64,000 nt of DNA from Treponemataceae bacterium. GTDB lineage: Bacteria; Spirochaetota; Spirochaetia; Treponematales; Rectinemataceae. The notes beneath the pieces are model-generated. The model did not search any database, was not told the origin of the DNA, and saw only the letters and a program-made list of their open reading frames with translations. The stretch lies in assembly GCA_963678065.2 (NCBI GenBank), contig CAXXVZ010000005.1, positions 576,001-640,000 on the forward strand, read 5' to 3'. Position numbers and translations under genes: made by a program. Below, in pieces: positions 38,822 through 47,438 of this stretch (positions are counted from its first letter, which is position 1; the number at the start of each line of letters is the position of its first letter).

Positions 38822-40273
38822 TCATTCGCCCACGACCACAGCTTCAATATCGAGTATCCTCGCGATCTTCACGATTTCGTCGGCGTGGTGGCCGATGCCG
38901 AGGGCGAAATGATGGGTCGGGCCCTCCGCCATCCAGCGCCTGAGAAAGGTTTTGAGGTCGGGTTTGAAGAAGCCGTGCGTGTTCGTGTTTCCGGTCGGGG
39001 GGATATCCCCCTGCAGGGATTCGCCCTCGGCGACCACGAATTTCAGCCTGCCCGACGCGTTCACGGTGATGCCCAGCATGGTCATCGGGCCTTCCTTTAT
39101 CTTGAACTCGACGCCGGCGCCTGATCCGGGTTTGCCGTGGTACTTGCTCAGCGAGCGGAGCACGGGCTTCCGGTCGGCGATGTTGATGTGGTGCGGGCCG
39201 TCGTGCCCGACCAGTATCGATCCCTGCCTGAAATCCATAGGGTGGAATTCCGCGAAGCTTCCTCCTATTTCCAGGCGGTCCATGATGAGCATGGCCATGC
39301 AGGTCTTGAGATCGAACTCGCCGCACATCGGGAAGCCCGCTCCCGTGAGCAGCGAGTTGCCCACGATGAAATTGGTGACGAGTTTCCGCATATCGGAGCC
39401 CTCTTCCGCCTCGTAGTAGTAGGCGAGGCCGGTGAGGTTCTTCTCTTCTATTGCACGCTCGAGGGCGACGGCGGCGCGGGCCGCAGTGTCGAGATCCTCT
39501 TCCTTGAGGCAGAACGTGATGTTGTCCGAGACGGGATCGGGGGTATCGAAGAAGCTCCTGATGCGCGCGACCATCGAGGCGACGGCCGAAGGGTCCGGAT
39601 CGCGGTAGTGCACCATGATTTCGTCGGGCTCCACCGGCACGATGTGGCATCCGAAGGTCCTCGTGATGAGGGCGGGATCGACGTGCATGTCGTACATGCT
39701 CTCGAGAACGTGGCCCATGAGGCCGATGCGGGCTGTCTTCAGGTCGTGGAGGACGTGGGCGATCCGGCACCAGGATGCGATCTCGGAATCCGCTTCGTCG
39801 TCGCCTTCCAGGATTCCGAGAACCATTTCCGGCGCGCGCTTCCCCATGCGGATGGCGACGGCGCAGAACTCGGGGATGGAGCAGACATCGTCGTTGGAAA
39901 GCTGGATGAAGGTGGTTCCGTGCGCGTAGTCCATGGCCGCGAGCGGCTGGAGAGCGACGAGAACGACCGGAATGCGGAGCGACTGTATGAGGGGCGCAAA
40001 GGTTGCGGAGGTGGCGTAGGTCACCATGTCGACAAAGAGAAGGTCGAGGTTGTGCTTCGGGATCTCGGCGAGAACACGGTAGGCCGCGGCCGAATCATCC
40101 ACCATGCCGAAGTCGACGACGGTGACGGCGTGGCTCTCCACTTTCTTCCTGAATATTTCCATCTTGCCGAGCATGACGTCGAGAAGACCGTCAAACTGTT
40201 TCCAGTACGTCGTATGCCCTACGCCAAGAACTCCGACAGTAGCCTGCAAGGGCTTTCTCCGTTCTATCCGCAT
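38822..40273 (-). CDS. L-arabinose/L-fucose isomerase family protein
   Basis: TYW.QF.GL, TYATS, MYDMHVD, CGEFDLK, SFAEFH, GHDGPHH, GPTHHFALG. Confidence 0.85.
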   Translation of the reverse strand: MRIERRKPLQATVGVLGVGHTTYWKQFDGLLDVMLGKMEIFRKKVESHAVTVVDFGMVDDSAAAYRVLAEIPKHNLDLLFVDMVTYATSATFAPLIQSLRIPVVLVALQPLAAMDYAHGTTFIQLSNDDVCSIPEFCAVAIRMGKRAPEMVLGILEGDDEADSEIASWCRIAHVLHDLKTARIGLMGHVLESMYDMHVDPALITRTFGCHIVPVEPDEIMVHYRDPDPSAVASMVARIRSFFDTPDPVSDNITFCLKEEDLDTAARAAVALERAIEEKNLTGLAYYYEAEEGSDMRKLVTNFIVGNSLLTGAGFPMCGEFDLKTCMAMLIMDRLEIGGSFAEFHPMDFRQGSILVGHDGPHHINIADRKPVLRSLSKYHGKPGSGAGVEFKIKEGPMTMLGITVNASGRLKFVVAEGESLQGDIPPTGNTNTHGFFKPDLKTFLRRWMAEGPTHHFALGIGHHADEIVKIARILDIEAVVVGE

Positions 40274-40321
40274 CCCCGAACTCCTTCGCATGCATCCGGC
40301 CTGTCGCCGGAAGGACAACCC

Positions 40322-40350
40322 AAACTACCATCACTTGCCATATCTGTCAA
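40322..40350 (-). promoter_or_regulatory. sigma70 promoter TTGACA-17-(TG)TAGTTT for the isomerase-ABC-rhaM operon
   Basis: Plus strand tgtcaa 40345-40350 and aaacta 40322-40327, in an AT-rich divergent spacer. Confidence 0.6.
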
Positions 40351-40479
40351 TTAAAAACTTTCGATTTTTTCATTTATTGGCGTTTAATGGCATTTAAATA
40401 TTAATAATTTGATTTTATATATGTATTTATTATAAATAATGTTGGTACAATGCATATGTATCAATCGAAGTATTTCTTA

Positions 40480-40508
40480 TTTACAAGCATGATGGGCATG
40501 GATATACT
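40480..40508 (+). promoter_or_regulatory. sigma70 promoter TTTACA-17-TATACT, 7 nt before ATG 40516 (probably leaderless)
   Basis: Hexamers at 40480-40485 and 40503-40508; no SD. Confidence 0.6.
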
Positions 40509-40515
40509 GCATTTC

Positions 40516-42450
40516 ATGGACCTGTCGGAACGGCAGACAAAAATCCTCAAACTTCTGGCCGGCTCCGGCGTCTGGGTCGACAACCACTCCCTCGCGCTCG
40601 CCATCGAGAACACCGGGAGGGAAACACTCCGCAAGGAAATCTCCGCTCTCGAAGAGCTCGGCCTTCTCATACGGGCACACGGCAAGACCAGGATCAGGCG
40701 CGAAAACCTCACGAGAGAGATCCTGAAAGTCATCGGCCTCCTCTCCAAAACGGACCGCCAGGAGGAGATACTCGGGATCCTCGAAAAAACCCATTCGGTC
40801 AGGATCGCGAGCCTCGCGGAAATCTTCCACGTGGCCGAAGCGACAATCCGGAACGATGTCGCTGAACTGCTGCCTTCCGATCGGATCAAATGGCAGTACG
40901 GCAAAGTGCACTACCTGCCGAAGATCCGGACCCCCGGAATGGACATCCTTTCTCCGGATTTCATCTATCCCGATCACGTGCAACACGTCGCCGACCGCGC
41001 TTCCCAGTTCATAACCTTCGGCGACAGCATCTTCCTCGACTCCAGCAGCTACTCGCTCTGCGTCCTCGGCCACATCGACGCCGCGATGGAACTCGTGATC
41101 TTCACGGACAGTTTCCGGATTCCCATGCTGGCGGCACAGAGGAACATGAAGGCGGATATCCGCATCCTCGGCGGAAGCGTCGACCTTGCCGCGCTCACGA
41201 CGGCCGGGCCCTGCCCGGCTCTGGAAACGGCCGACAAGGCTTTCGCAGAAATCGGGAGCACGAAGGAAGGAGAGCTCCGCCATCGGGACGGGCATGCATG
41301 CCGCATCCTTGAAACCCTTCTGCCGGGTTCGTGCAGCTTTTTCTTCTACCTTCCGCCCGAAGCAACCTTTAGCGCAACGCAGGGCGACCTGACCGAAGTC
41401 ACAACCGAAGTCACGACCGAAGCCGCAACCCAAACCGCGGCACCGAGAATCGGCATCCAGGCAGAGCGCATCGGCGAAATCATCCTGTCCGAACCATCCT
41501 CCGCGCTCGCGACCTGCGCGCGCGAAGGAATCCCGACCTCCATCGCCCGCGACAGCCATGTCGTCATGAATCCACTGGGCGAAGTGCGGAGGATCGGCGT
41601 CGCAACGCTGGACGCCTCGCACGAGTTTTCCCAGCGCTTCATCAACAACCTCCAGCTGCACATCCGCGCCCTGCCCGACTACCGCTTCTTCATCGCGGAC
41701 AACCGGATGGACTCAGACACGACCCTGGCCAATCTCGATCTTTTCGTCAGGGAAAAGGCCGACATCATCATCGAGTACCAGCACGAGCACAAGCTGGGCA
41801 GAATCATTTCCGAGAAGATGTGCCGCGCGGGCATTCCCATTCTCGCCATCGACATCGCCATCCCCGGGGCGTATTACTTCGGAGCCAACAATTACGAGGC
41901 CGGGAGGATCGCGGGGACAGAGCTCGCGAGAATCGCCCTGGCGCGCTGGCAGGGAACACAAGGGACTCAGGGAATTCCGGTCAACCTCGTCATCATCACC
42001 GACAAGGGAGCGGGCGAATCGGCGGAAAACCGCGTCGCAGGAACGATCGACGCGTTCCGCGAGCTCGTCCAGATACCGGATCGCAGGATCACGATCCTCA
42101 ACTCCGAAAACGACGTGCTGAGCGCCGAAAAGGTCGTCCTGGACCAGCTTTTCGTGCCCGAAGGATCGGCTTGCGCGATTTCCTGCGTCAACGCAAACCT
42201 CGCGATGGGCACGATCCGGGCCGTCCAGCAGAAAAACCTCAGGAACACAGTGATCGCGGCGCAGAACGACACGCTCGAACTCATGAAAGAGCTCAAGGAT
42301 CCGTCTTCGCGGCTCGCGGGCGTCGTGGCCTACCATCCGGAAAGCTACAGCGACCGCATCCTCAAGCTCGCAAGTATGCTCCTCGCCGGCAAGCCGGTGG
42401 CGCCCGCCACCTACGTGGACCACACCTGGATTCCCTCGACGGCTTCGTGA
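40516..42450 (+). CDS. Regulator fusion: two DeoR-type HTHs, DeoR C-terminal domain and periplasmic-binding-protein-like sugar-sensing domain
   Basis: ERQTKIL..ETLRKEISALE..G, RQEEIL..SLAEIFHVAEATIRND, IFLDSSS, then ADNRMD, PILAIDI, YFGANNYEAG, VAYHPESY. Confidence 0.8.
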   Translation: MDLSERQTKILKLLAGSGVWVDNHSLALAIENTGRETLRKEISALEELGLLIRAHGKTRIRRENLTREILKVIGLLSKTDRQEEILGILEKTHSVRIASLAEIFHVAEATIRNDVAELLPSDRIKWQYGKVHYLPKIRTPGMDILSPDFIYPDHVQHVADRASQFITFGDSIFLDSSSYSLCVLGHIDAAMELVIFTDSFRIPMLAAQRNMKADIRILGGSVDLAALTTAGPCPALETADKAFAEIGSTKEGELRHRDGHACRILETLLPGSCSFFFYLPPEATFSATQGDLTEVTTEVTTEAATQTAAPRIGIQAERIGEIILSEPSSALATCAREGIPTSIARDSHVVMNPLGEVRRIGVATLDASHEFSQRFINNLQLHIRALPDYRFFIADNRMDSDTTLANLDLFVREKADIIIEYQHEHKLGRIISEKMCRAGIPILAIDIAIPGAYYFGANNYEAGRIAGTELARIALARWQGTQGTQGIPVNLVIITDKGAGESAENRVAGTIDAFRELVQIPDRRITILNSENDVLSAEKVVLDQLFVPEGSACAISCVNANLAMGTIRAVQQKNLRNTVIAAQNDTLELMKELKDPSSRLAGVVAYHPESYSDRILKLASMLLAGKPVAPATYVDHTWIPSTAS

Positions 42451-42469
42451 CAGCCGCTTCGTGACAGCC
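42442..42469. repeat. Perfect 14-bp tandem duplication (GCTTCGTGACAGCC)x2 spanning a stop codon
   Basis: Seen directly. Confidence 0.85.
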
Positions 42470-42542
42470 GCATCCTGACGACCACACCGTGACGACGTCG
42501 CCGTGCGGCCAAAGACGCGGCGCGGCTTACCGGACACCGGGT

Positions 42543-43475
42543 TTACGGGGATGCGGGCAGGTCCATCTGCCTACGCAGCCAGGCCAGGGATTCGACAAGT
42601 TGCGTCTCCAGATGGCTGTCCGAGTAGTCGCGGCCGAGCTTGGGGCCGCCGATTTCGAGGTAACCGACCAGATTCCGGACGGGCCACTCGGACTCATGTT
42701 CGCGGATGAGGGAAAAAAGGCGACGCGCGTCGACGATGCCCCGCGCCCGGTCCGCCTCGGTGAAGCCGAAGGTCGACGAGAACAGCGCGTCGGTGTTCTT
42801 GATATGGAACTCGCAGGTCCAGGGGATTCCGGCGACGAAGAGTTCTTCGTTGGAATAGACCAGCCTGCCGCCGGAATCGGCGTAGCCGTGGGAGATGTCG
42901 CTGCAGAGGTAGACGGGGACCGTATCGCCCGGATGGGCGGCGTGAAACTCGCCGAGCTCCGTCATGAGTGCGGCGATTTCATCGGGAGTCGTCGGGGGTT
43001 CGGCGAGGCAGCTCATGGGCTCGATCGTGAGGGCGCAAAGTCCCAGATCTCTCGCCTTGCGGGCCAGCTCTTTCATATGGCGGATGTAGCGACGAAGCCC
43101 CTCGGCCTTCGACTCCATCCTGTCGCGGTAGAGGGCGCCGGGGTTGGAGCCGACATAGTCAGCGCCGACGAGGGCTGCCACTTCGATAAGACGCTCGTAG
43201 TTCCTGCGCGCGGCCTTCTCCATCCATTCATTGCCCGTGAAAAACCCGCCGAGTTCTCGGTGGGCGGTGAAGACGCTCGATATGCGGATTCCATGATCCG
43301 CCGCAGTTTTTCGCAATTCCCGAAAATACTGGTCGTCGAGATGGTAGAGCTCGAAAAAACTCCCGAGCTGGAGCCTCGTTATGCCCGAGCGGCTCATAAG
43401 CCCGAAAAGCCATTCGAAGGAGTAGCGGTATTCGATGGGGTCACTCTTGAGGCCAAGTTCGATGCTCATGTCCAT
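42543..43475 (-). CDS. Sugar phosphate isomerase/epimerase (xylose isomerase-like TIM barrel)
   Basis: SSVFTAH, GADYVGSNPG, TIEPMS, DISHG, FHIKNTD, YLEI metal-ligand pattern. Confidence 0.78.
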   Translation of the reverse strand: MDMSIELGLKSDPIEYRYSFEWLFGLMSRSGITRLQLGSFFELYHLDDQYFRELRKTAADHGIRISSVFTAHRELGGFFTGNEWMEKAARRNYERLIEVAALVGADYVGSNPGALYRDRMESKAEGLRRYIRHMKELARKARDLGLCALTIEPMSCLAEPPTTPDEIAALMTELGEFHAAHPGDTVPVYLCSDISHGYADSGGRLVYSNEELFVAGIPWTCEFHIKNTDALFSSTFGFTEADRARGIVDARRLFSLIREHESEWPVRNLVGYLEIGGPKLGRDYSDSHLETQLVESLAWLRRQMDLPASP

Positions 43476-43513
43476 TCAGTCTCCTTCCCGGCTCACCGAT
43501 CTGCGCACTCTGT

Positions 43514-44518
43514 TCACAGCGCGAAAACGACTTTGTTGAACCATTCAGCCCTGCCGGCCATCCGGGCGAAGACCTCCGGACCCTCGGCGAGGGTGGGAGT
43601 GTGGCTGACGAGGGACTTGACGTCGATTTCCGAGTCGAGATATCCGAGCACGCGGCTCCACTCGTCCTTGCCTTTGGGCGTCACCTTGGAATTCCATGTG
43701 CCGCGTATCGTGATCTCATTGCGCAGGATGCGGGAAAAATCCTTCTCGGGCACCGAGAAAGTGCCCTGGATGTTGCCCATGAAAACGATCTGACCGAAAC
43801 GCCCTGCGCACTGGATGGCCTGGAGGAAGGTGGCGGGCAGCCCGCAGGCTTCCACGACGCAATCCGCGCCACCGGCGAGGAGGGAGGCCGAAGTGACCGT
43901 CTCGAAGCCGAGTTTTCGCGCGAGGGCGAGCTTACGCTCGTCGACATCGGCCACGTGGATACGGCCGCAGCCTTTGACCCGCAGCCACTGGGCGACCATG
44001 AGTCCGATGGGGCCGCCGCCGATCACGAGAGCGCTCATGCCGGCCTGAATCCGGAGTTTTTCGACGCCGTGCAGGGCGACTGCGCAGGGCTCGGTCATGG
44101 CGGCCGAAAGGAGGTCGACGCGGTCGGGTACCCGGAAGAGGTTGGCCTCGGGGACAAAGACGTACTCGGCGAAGCCGCCATCCCGCCTCGATCCATAATA
44201 ATCGTAGTGTTCGCATTGAGCGTAGTCGCCAGTCTGGCAGGGTCCGCAGATTCCGCATGGGAGGAGGGGGTAGACGACGACGCGGTCGCCCGGCGCGTAC
44301 TCTGAGTCCGCGGGAGCCTCTGCCACTATCCCCGAGAATTCATGCCCCATCACGAGGGGATAATGGTAGGCTTTGCCATGGAAGGCGCGCGGAATGTCGG
44401 AGCCGCAGATTCCCGAGAATTTCACCCGGACGAGGACATCGCGTTCGGAAAGGCGGAGGGGTGATCCCAGTTCCCTGTAGGCGAGCTGGGCGGGGGATTC
44501 GAGCACGAGGGCTTTCAT
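43514..44518 (-). CDS. Galactitol-1-phosphate 5-dehydrogenase-like Zn-dependent dehydrogenase
   Basis: GICGSDIPR, GHEFSG, PLLPC..C..C....C, GSRRDGGFAEY, GGGPIG, GTWNS. Confidence 0.88.
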   Translation of the reverse strand: MKALVLESPAQLAYRELGSPLRLSERDVLVRVKFSGICGSDIPRAFHGKAYHYPLVMGHEFSGIVAEAPADSEYAPGDRVVVYPLLPCGICGPCQTGDYAQCEHYDYYGSRRDGGFAEYVFVPEANLFRVPDRVDLLSAAMTEPCAVALHGVEKLRIQAGMSALVIGGGPIGLMVAQWLRVKGCGRIHVADVDERKLALARKLGFETVTSASLLAGGADCVVEACGLPATFLQAIQCAGRFGQIVFMGNIQGTFSVPEKDFSRILRNEITIRGTWNSKVTPKGKDEWSRVLGYLDSEIDVKSLVSHTPTLAEGPEVFARMAGRAEWFNKVVFAL

Positions 44519-44561
44519 GCACCCATAATGCACCATTATTCAGGATTAATCAATCTATTTA

Positions 44562-44579
44562 TGATTGTTTTTGATTGAT
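44562..44579. promoter_or_regulatory. Candidate DeoR-family operator TGATTGTTTTTGATTGAT (copy 1), overlapping the TTGATA-16-TATAAT promoter of the epimerase
   Basis: Identical 18-mer at 61526-61543; lies in an AT-rich divergent promoter. Confidence 0.65.
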
Positions 44580-44608
44580 ATTTTTTGGTTTTGATATATA
44601 ATGACTGC

Positions 44609-45397
44609 ATGAGAAACCCTGTCCGACCGATTCTCCTGTCTCCATCCGTCATGTGCGCCGACTTCCTCAATCTTGACAGAGAGATCGAACTTTTCGAGCG
44701 CCTCAAAGTCCCGTTCCTGCACATCGACATCATGGACGGGCACTACGTCCCGAACTTCACGCTGGGGCCGGATTTTTGCGCGCGGCTCGCCGCGCGGACA
44801 AGCATTCCCCTCGATATCCACCTCATGATAGAGGATGTCGATACCTACATCCCGGTCTTCGCGGGTTTCAACTCGCCCTGGATCTGCTTTCACCCCGAAG
44901 TCTCCTACCACCCTCTGCGCACGATCAATCTCATCCGCTCCCGCGGAGCCCGGCCGGGAATCGCCATCGATCCGGCCGCACCGGTGGAGCAGTTCAAGTA
45001 TCTCCTGCCGGAAGTCGACCTCGTCTGTGTCATGACGGTCAATCCGGGATACTCAGGACAGAAACTCATCCCTGCCACCCTCGAAAAAATCGCCGAACTG
45101 CGGGACTACCTCACCCGCGCCAGGCTCGATACCCTCATCGAGGTGGACGGCAATGTCAGCTGGGAACACATCCCCGCGATGGTGAAGGCGGGAGCGGACG
45201 TCCTTGTGGCGGGAACGTCGTCGGTCTTTTCCCGCGAGGCGTCTCGGGAGGAGAACATGCGCAGGATGGGGAAGCTCCTCGGCGAGCTCGCCGCGGGCTC
45301 AGGGGCAGGTTCGGGCTCAGGGGCAGATTCGGGCGCAGGAGCGGGCGGGCAGCCCTGCTCGGAGCCCGCCGGCGCGCACAAGGAAAAAAACAAATGA
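44609..45397 (+). CDS. Ribulose-phosphate 3-epimerase family, D-allulose-6-phosphate 3-epimerase (AlsE)-like
   Basis: SPSVMCADF, HIDIMDGHYVPNFTLG, DIHLM, MTVNPG, EVDGNV, VAGTS; Gly/Ser repeat tail. Confidence 0.88.
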   Translation: MRNPVRPILLSPSVMCADFLNLDREIELFERLKVPFLHIDIMDGHYVPNFTLGPDFCARLAARTSIPLDIHLMIEDVDTYIPVFAGFNSPWICFHPEVSYHPLRTINLIRSRGARPGIAIDPAAPVEQFKYLLPEVDLVCVMTVNPGYSGQKLIPATLEKIAELRDYLTRARLDTLIEVDGNVSWEHIPAMVKAGADVLVAGTSSVFSREASREENMRRMGKLLGELAAGSGAGSGSGADSGAGAGGQPCSEPAGAHKEKNK

Positions 45398-46572
45398 AAA
45401 ACCTCGTCTACTATCTCGATGCGCCAGGCGGCACATTCCGCCCCGTCGAGGAAGAAATCGGCGACCCGGGACCGGGCGAAATCCGGCTCAAGACTCGGAG
45501 GACATCGGTCTGCCAGTCCGATGTGGTGATCTGGCGCCAGGGACTGCCCCGGATCAGGAAGTGGCCAGCGGTCATCCTGCACGAGGCGAGCTGCATGGTC
45601 GACGCGGTCGGCGCGGGCGTCACGAAGTTCGCTCAAGGCGACCTCGTCGGCCTCGGCTGCGACATCCCTTGCGGGGACAGGTCCTGTGCCTACTGCGGCG
45701 ACGAGGGCACGGGCGACTGGACGAGCTGCCCCAACACGCAGGCTACCGGGCACGAGTTCCCCGGCTTCGCGCGGAAGTTCGCCATCCTTCCCGACTGGTT
45801 CGTCGAACTGGGTCCCATCGTCCGCTTCGATCCTTCGGTGAGTCCTGACCACGCCTGTCAGCTCGAGCCCCTCGCCTGCAACCTGGAAGGCATGACGCGG
45901 GTGTCGGGCTGCATCGAGAGCCGGATCGTCGTCCTCATCGGCTCGGGCTCGCAGAGCAGTTACGCCCTGCAGTGCGCCCTCGCCATGGGCGCCCGCAAGG
46001 TCATCGTGGTCAATCGCGGCGCGAGGCGGCTTGAAAGGGTCATTCGCAGCTTTGGCTGCGACCGCAGCTTCGGCTGCGACCGCAATTTTGACAGCTCCCA
46101 CGGTTCTGGTGTGGGCGCAAGCTCAGGCGAAGGGCGTGTCAGGGGCCTTCTGTGGACGGACGATGTGGCGGAACGGATTCGCGCCGAATGCGCGCCCTTC
46201 AACGAGCCGCATTTCATCATGGTGAACGCCTCTGCGGAAAGCGCATACCGGCTCGCGGTCGGGCTCATGGGCTACGGGACAGTGCTCGATGCCCACGCAG
46301 GAGTGAAAGGCGCGGATGGCAAACCGAGGATAATGCACGAGGTCGATCTCAACAACGACATCCACTACCGCCTGCAGTGCTATCAGGCGACCCACGGATC
46401 GTCGATGCGCGGAATCAGACTCGCCCACAGCCTCATCAACGGAAAAAAGCTGCCCCGCCTCGATCTCATGACCGACAAAACAGAGCGCTTTTCGCACCGC
46501 GAGATCGGGGCGGCCATCGCGCGCGCGGCGGAAGGCGACAGCCTCAAGGTGATCATCGATTGGGATGACTGA
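45394..46572 (+). CDS. Divergent Zn-binding alcohol dehydrogenase (MDR superfamily)
   Basis: SVCQSD, ILHEA, Cys cluster PCGDRSCAYC....WTSC, LEPLAC, LIGSGSQ, LKVII; ATGA overlap. Confidence 0.78.
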   Translation: MKNLVYYLDAPGGTFRPVEEEIGDPGPGEIRLKTRRTSVCQSDVVIWRQGLPRIRKWPAVILHEASCMVDAVGAGVTKFAQGDLVGLGCDIPCGDRSCAYCGDEGTGDWTSCPNTQATGHEFPGFARKFAILPDWFVELGPIVRFDPSVSPDHACQLEPLACNLEGMTRVSGCIESRIVVLIGSGSQSSYALQCALAMGARKVIVVNRGARRLERVIRSFGCDRSFGCDRNFDSSHGSGVGASSGEGRVRGLLWTDDVAERIRAECAPFNEPHFIMVNASAESAYRLAVGLMGYGTVLDAHAGVKGADGKPRIMHEVDLNNDIHYRLQCYQATHGSSMRGIRLAHSLINGKKLPRLDLMTDKTERFSHREIGAAIARAAEGDSLKVIIDWDD

Positions 46573-46612
46573 AGACTGTCGCAAAGGGGCCACGACATGC
46601 TACCTTTCTCTC

Positions 46613-47392
46613 ATGCTTGAGCGAGAACGGAAACAGACGATTGTCAGATTGCTCGATCTGCACAATTTCGCGACAATCCACGACATCGTCGAGGCGACTG
46701 GGGCTTCCGAGGCCACGATCCGCCGCGATTTCATCGAGATGGAGAAGGTCGAGCTTCTCAGACGAGTCCGGGGAGGCGTGGAAATCGTTCGCGCAGCCGG
46801 GCAGGATGAAGAGTCCGTCGGGGCCGCGGAACCTTCTCTGGACAGCCGGGTCGGCGTCAATCAGGAAAAGAAGCGCCGGATAGCCCGCGAAGCCTGTCAG
46901 AGCATTCAGCCCGGCGACACGATCATGATCGACGGAGGCTCGACGACCTTCCACATGGCCGAATATCTCGCCACGATGGCGATCACCGTCGTCACGAACT
47001 CCTTCGCCATCGCCGAGCACCTCGTCCGGCATTCCGCGTGCACAGTCATACTCCCGGAAGGCGTCGTCAACCCGAAATCCCAGCTCATCCTCAACAACCT
47101 CAGCGCCGATCCCTTCGCCAACTACAACGCCTCGGTCGCATTCATGGGCATCGAGGGCATATCTGAAAACACCCTCACCAACTCGGAGCCCCTCCTCATC
47201 CAGATGGAGCGCGCCATGATCGCCCACTCGCGAAAGCTCGTAATCCTCGCCGACGAGACCAAATTCGGCAAGATCGGCCACCTGACCCTCTGTCCGAGCA
47301 GCCGGGCAACCAGGATCATCACCACGAAGGACGCCGATCCGGAGATAGTCGCGGCGCTGCGCGAAAAAGGGATAGAGATTGTGATCGCGTGA
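46613..47392 (+). CDS. DeoR/GlpR family transcriptional regulator
   Basis: ER...IV.LL, SEATIRRD, RRVRGG, IDGGSTT, VTNS, LADETKFG; extended -10 TGcTACCTT 6 nt before ATG. Confidence 0.92.
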   Translation: MLERERKQTIVRLLDLHNFATIHDIVEATGASEATIRRDFIEMEKVELLRRVRGGVEIVRAAGQDEESVGAAEPSLDSRVGVNQEKKRRIAREACQSIQPGDTIMIDGGSTTFHMAEYLATMAITVVTNSFAIAEHLVRHSACTVILPEGVVNPKSQLILNNLSADPFANYNASVAFMGIEGISENTLTNSEPLLIQMERAMIAHSRKLVILADETKFGKIGHLTLCPSSRATRIITTKDADPEIVAALREKGIEIVIA

Positions 47393-47438
47393 GGCCGTTA
47401 CCGTCAGGATTCCATAGTCAAAACTGTGCGGCTGCGGC

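Noticed and set aside
40330..40500. Very AT-rich island as a possible foreign insertion or origin
   Set aside because: Explained as a divergent promoter region with recognisable -35/-10 boxes on both strands; no DnaA-box cluster seen
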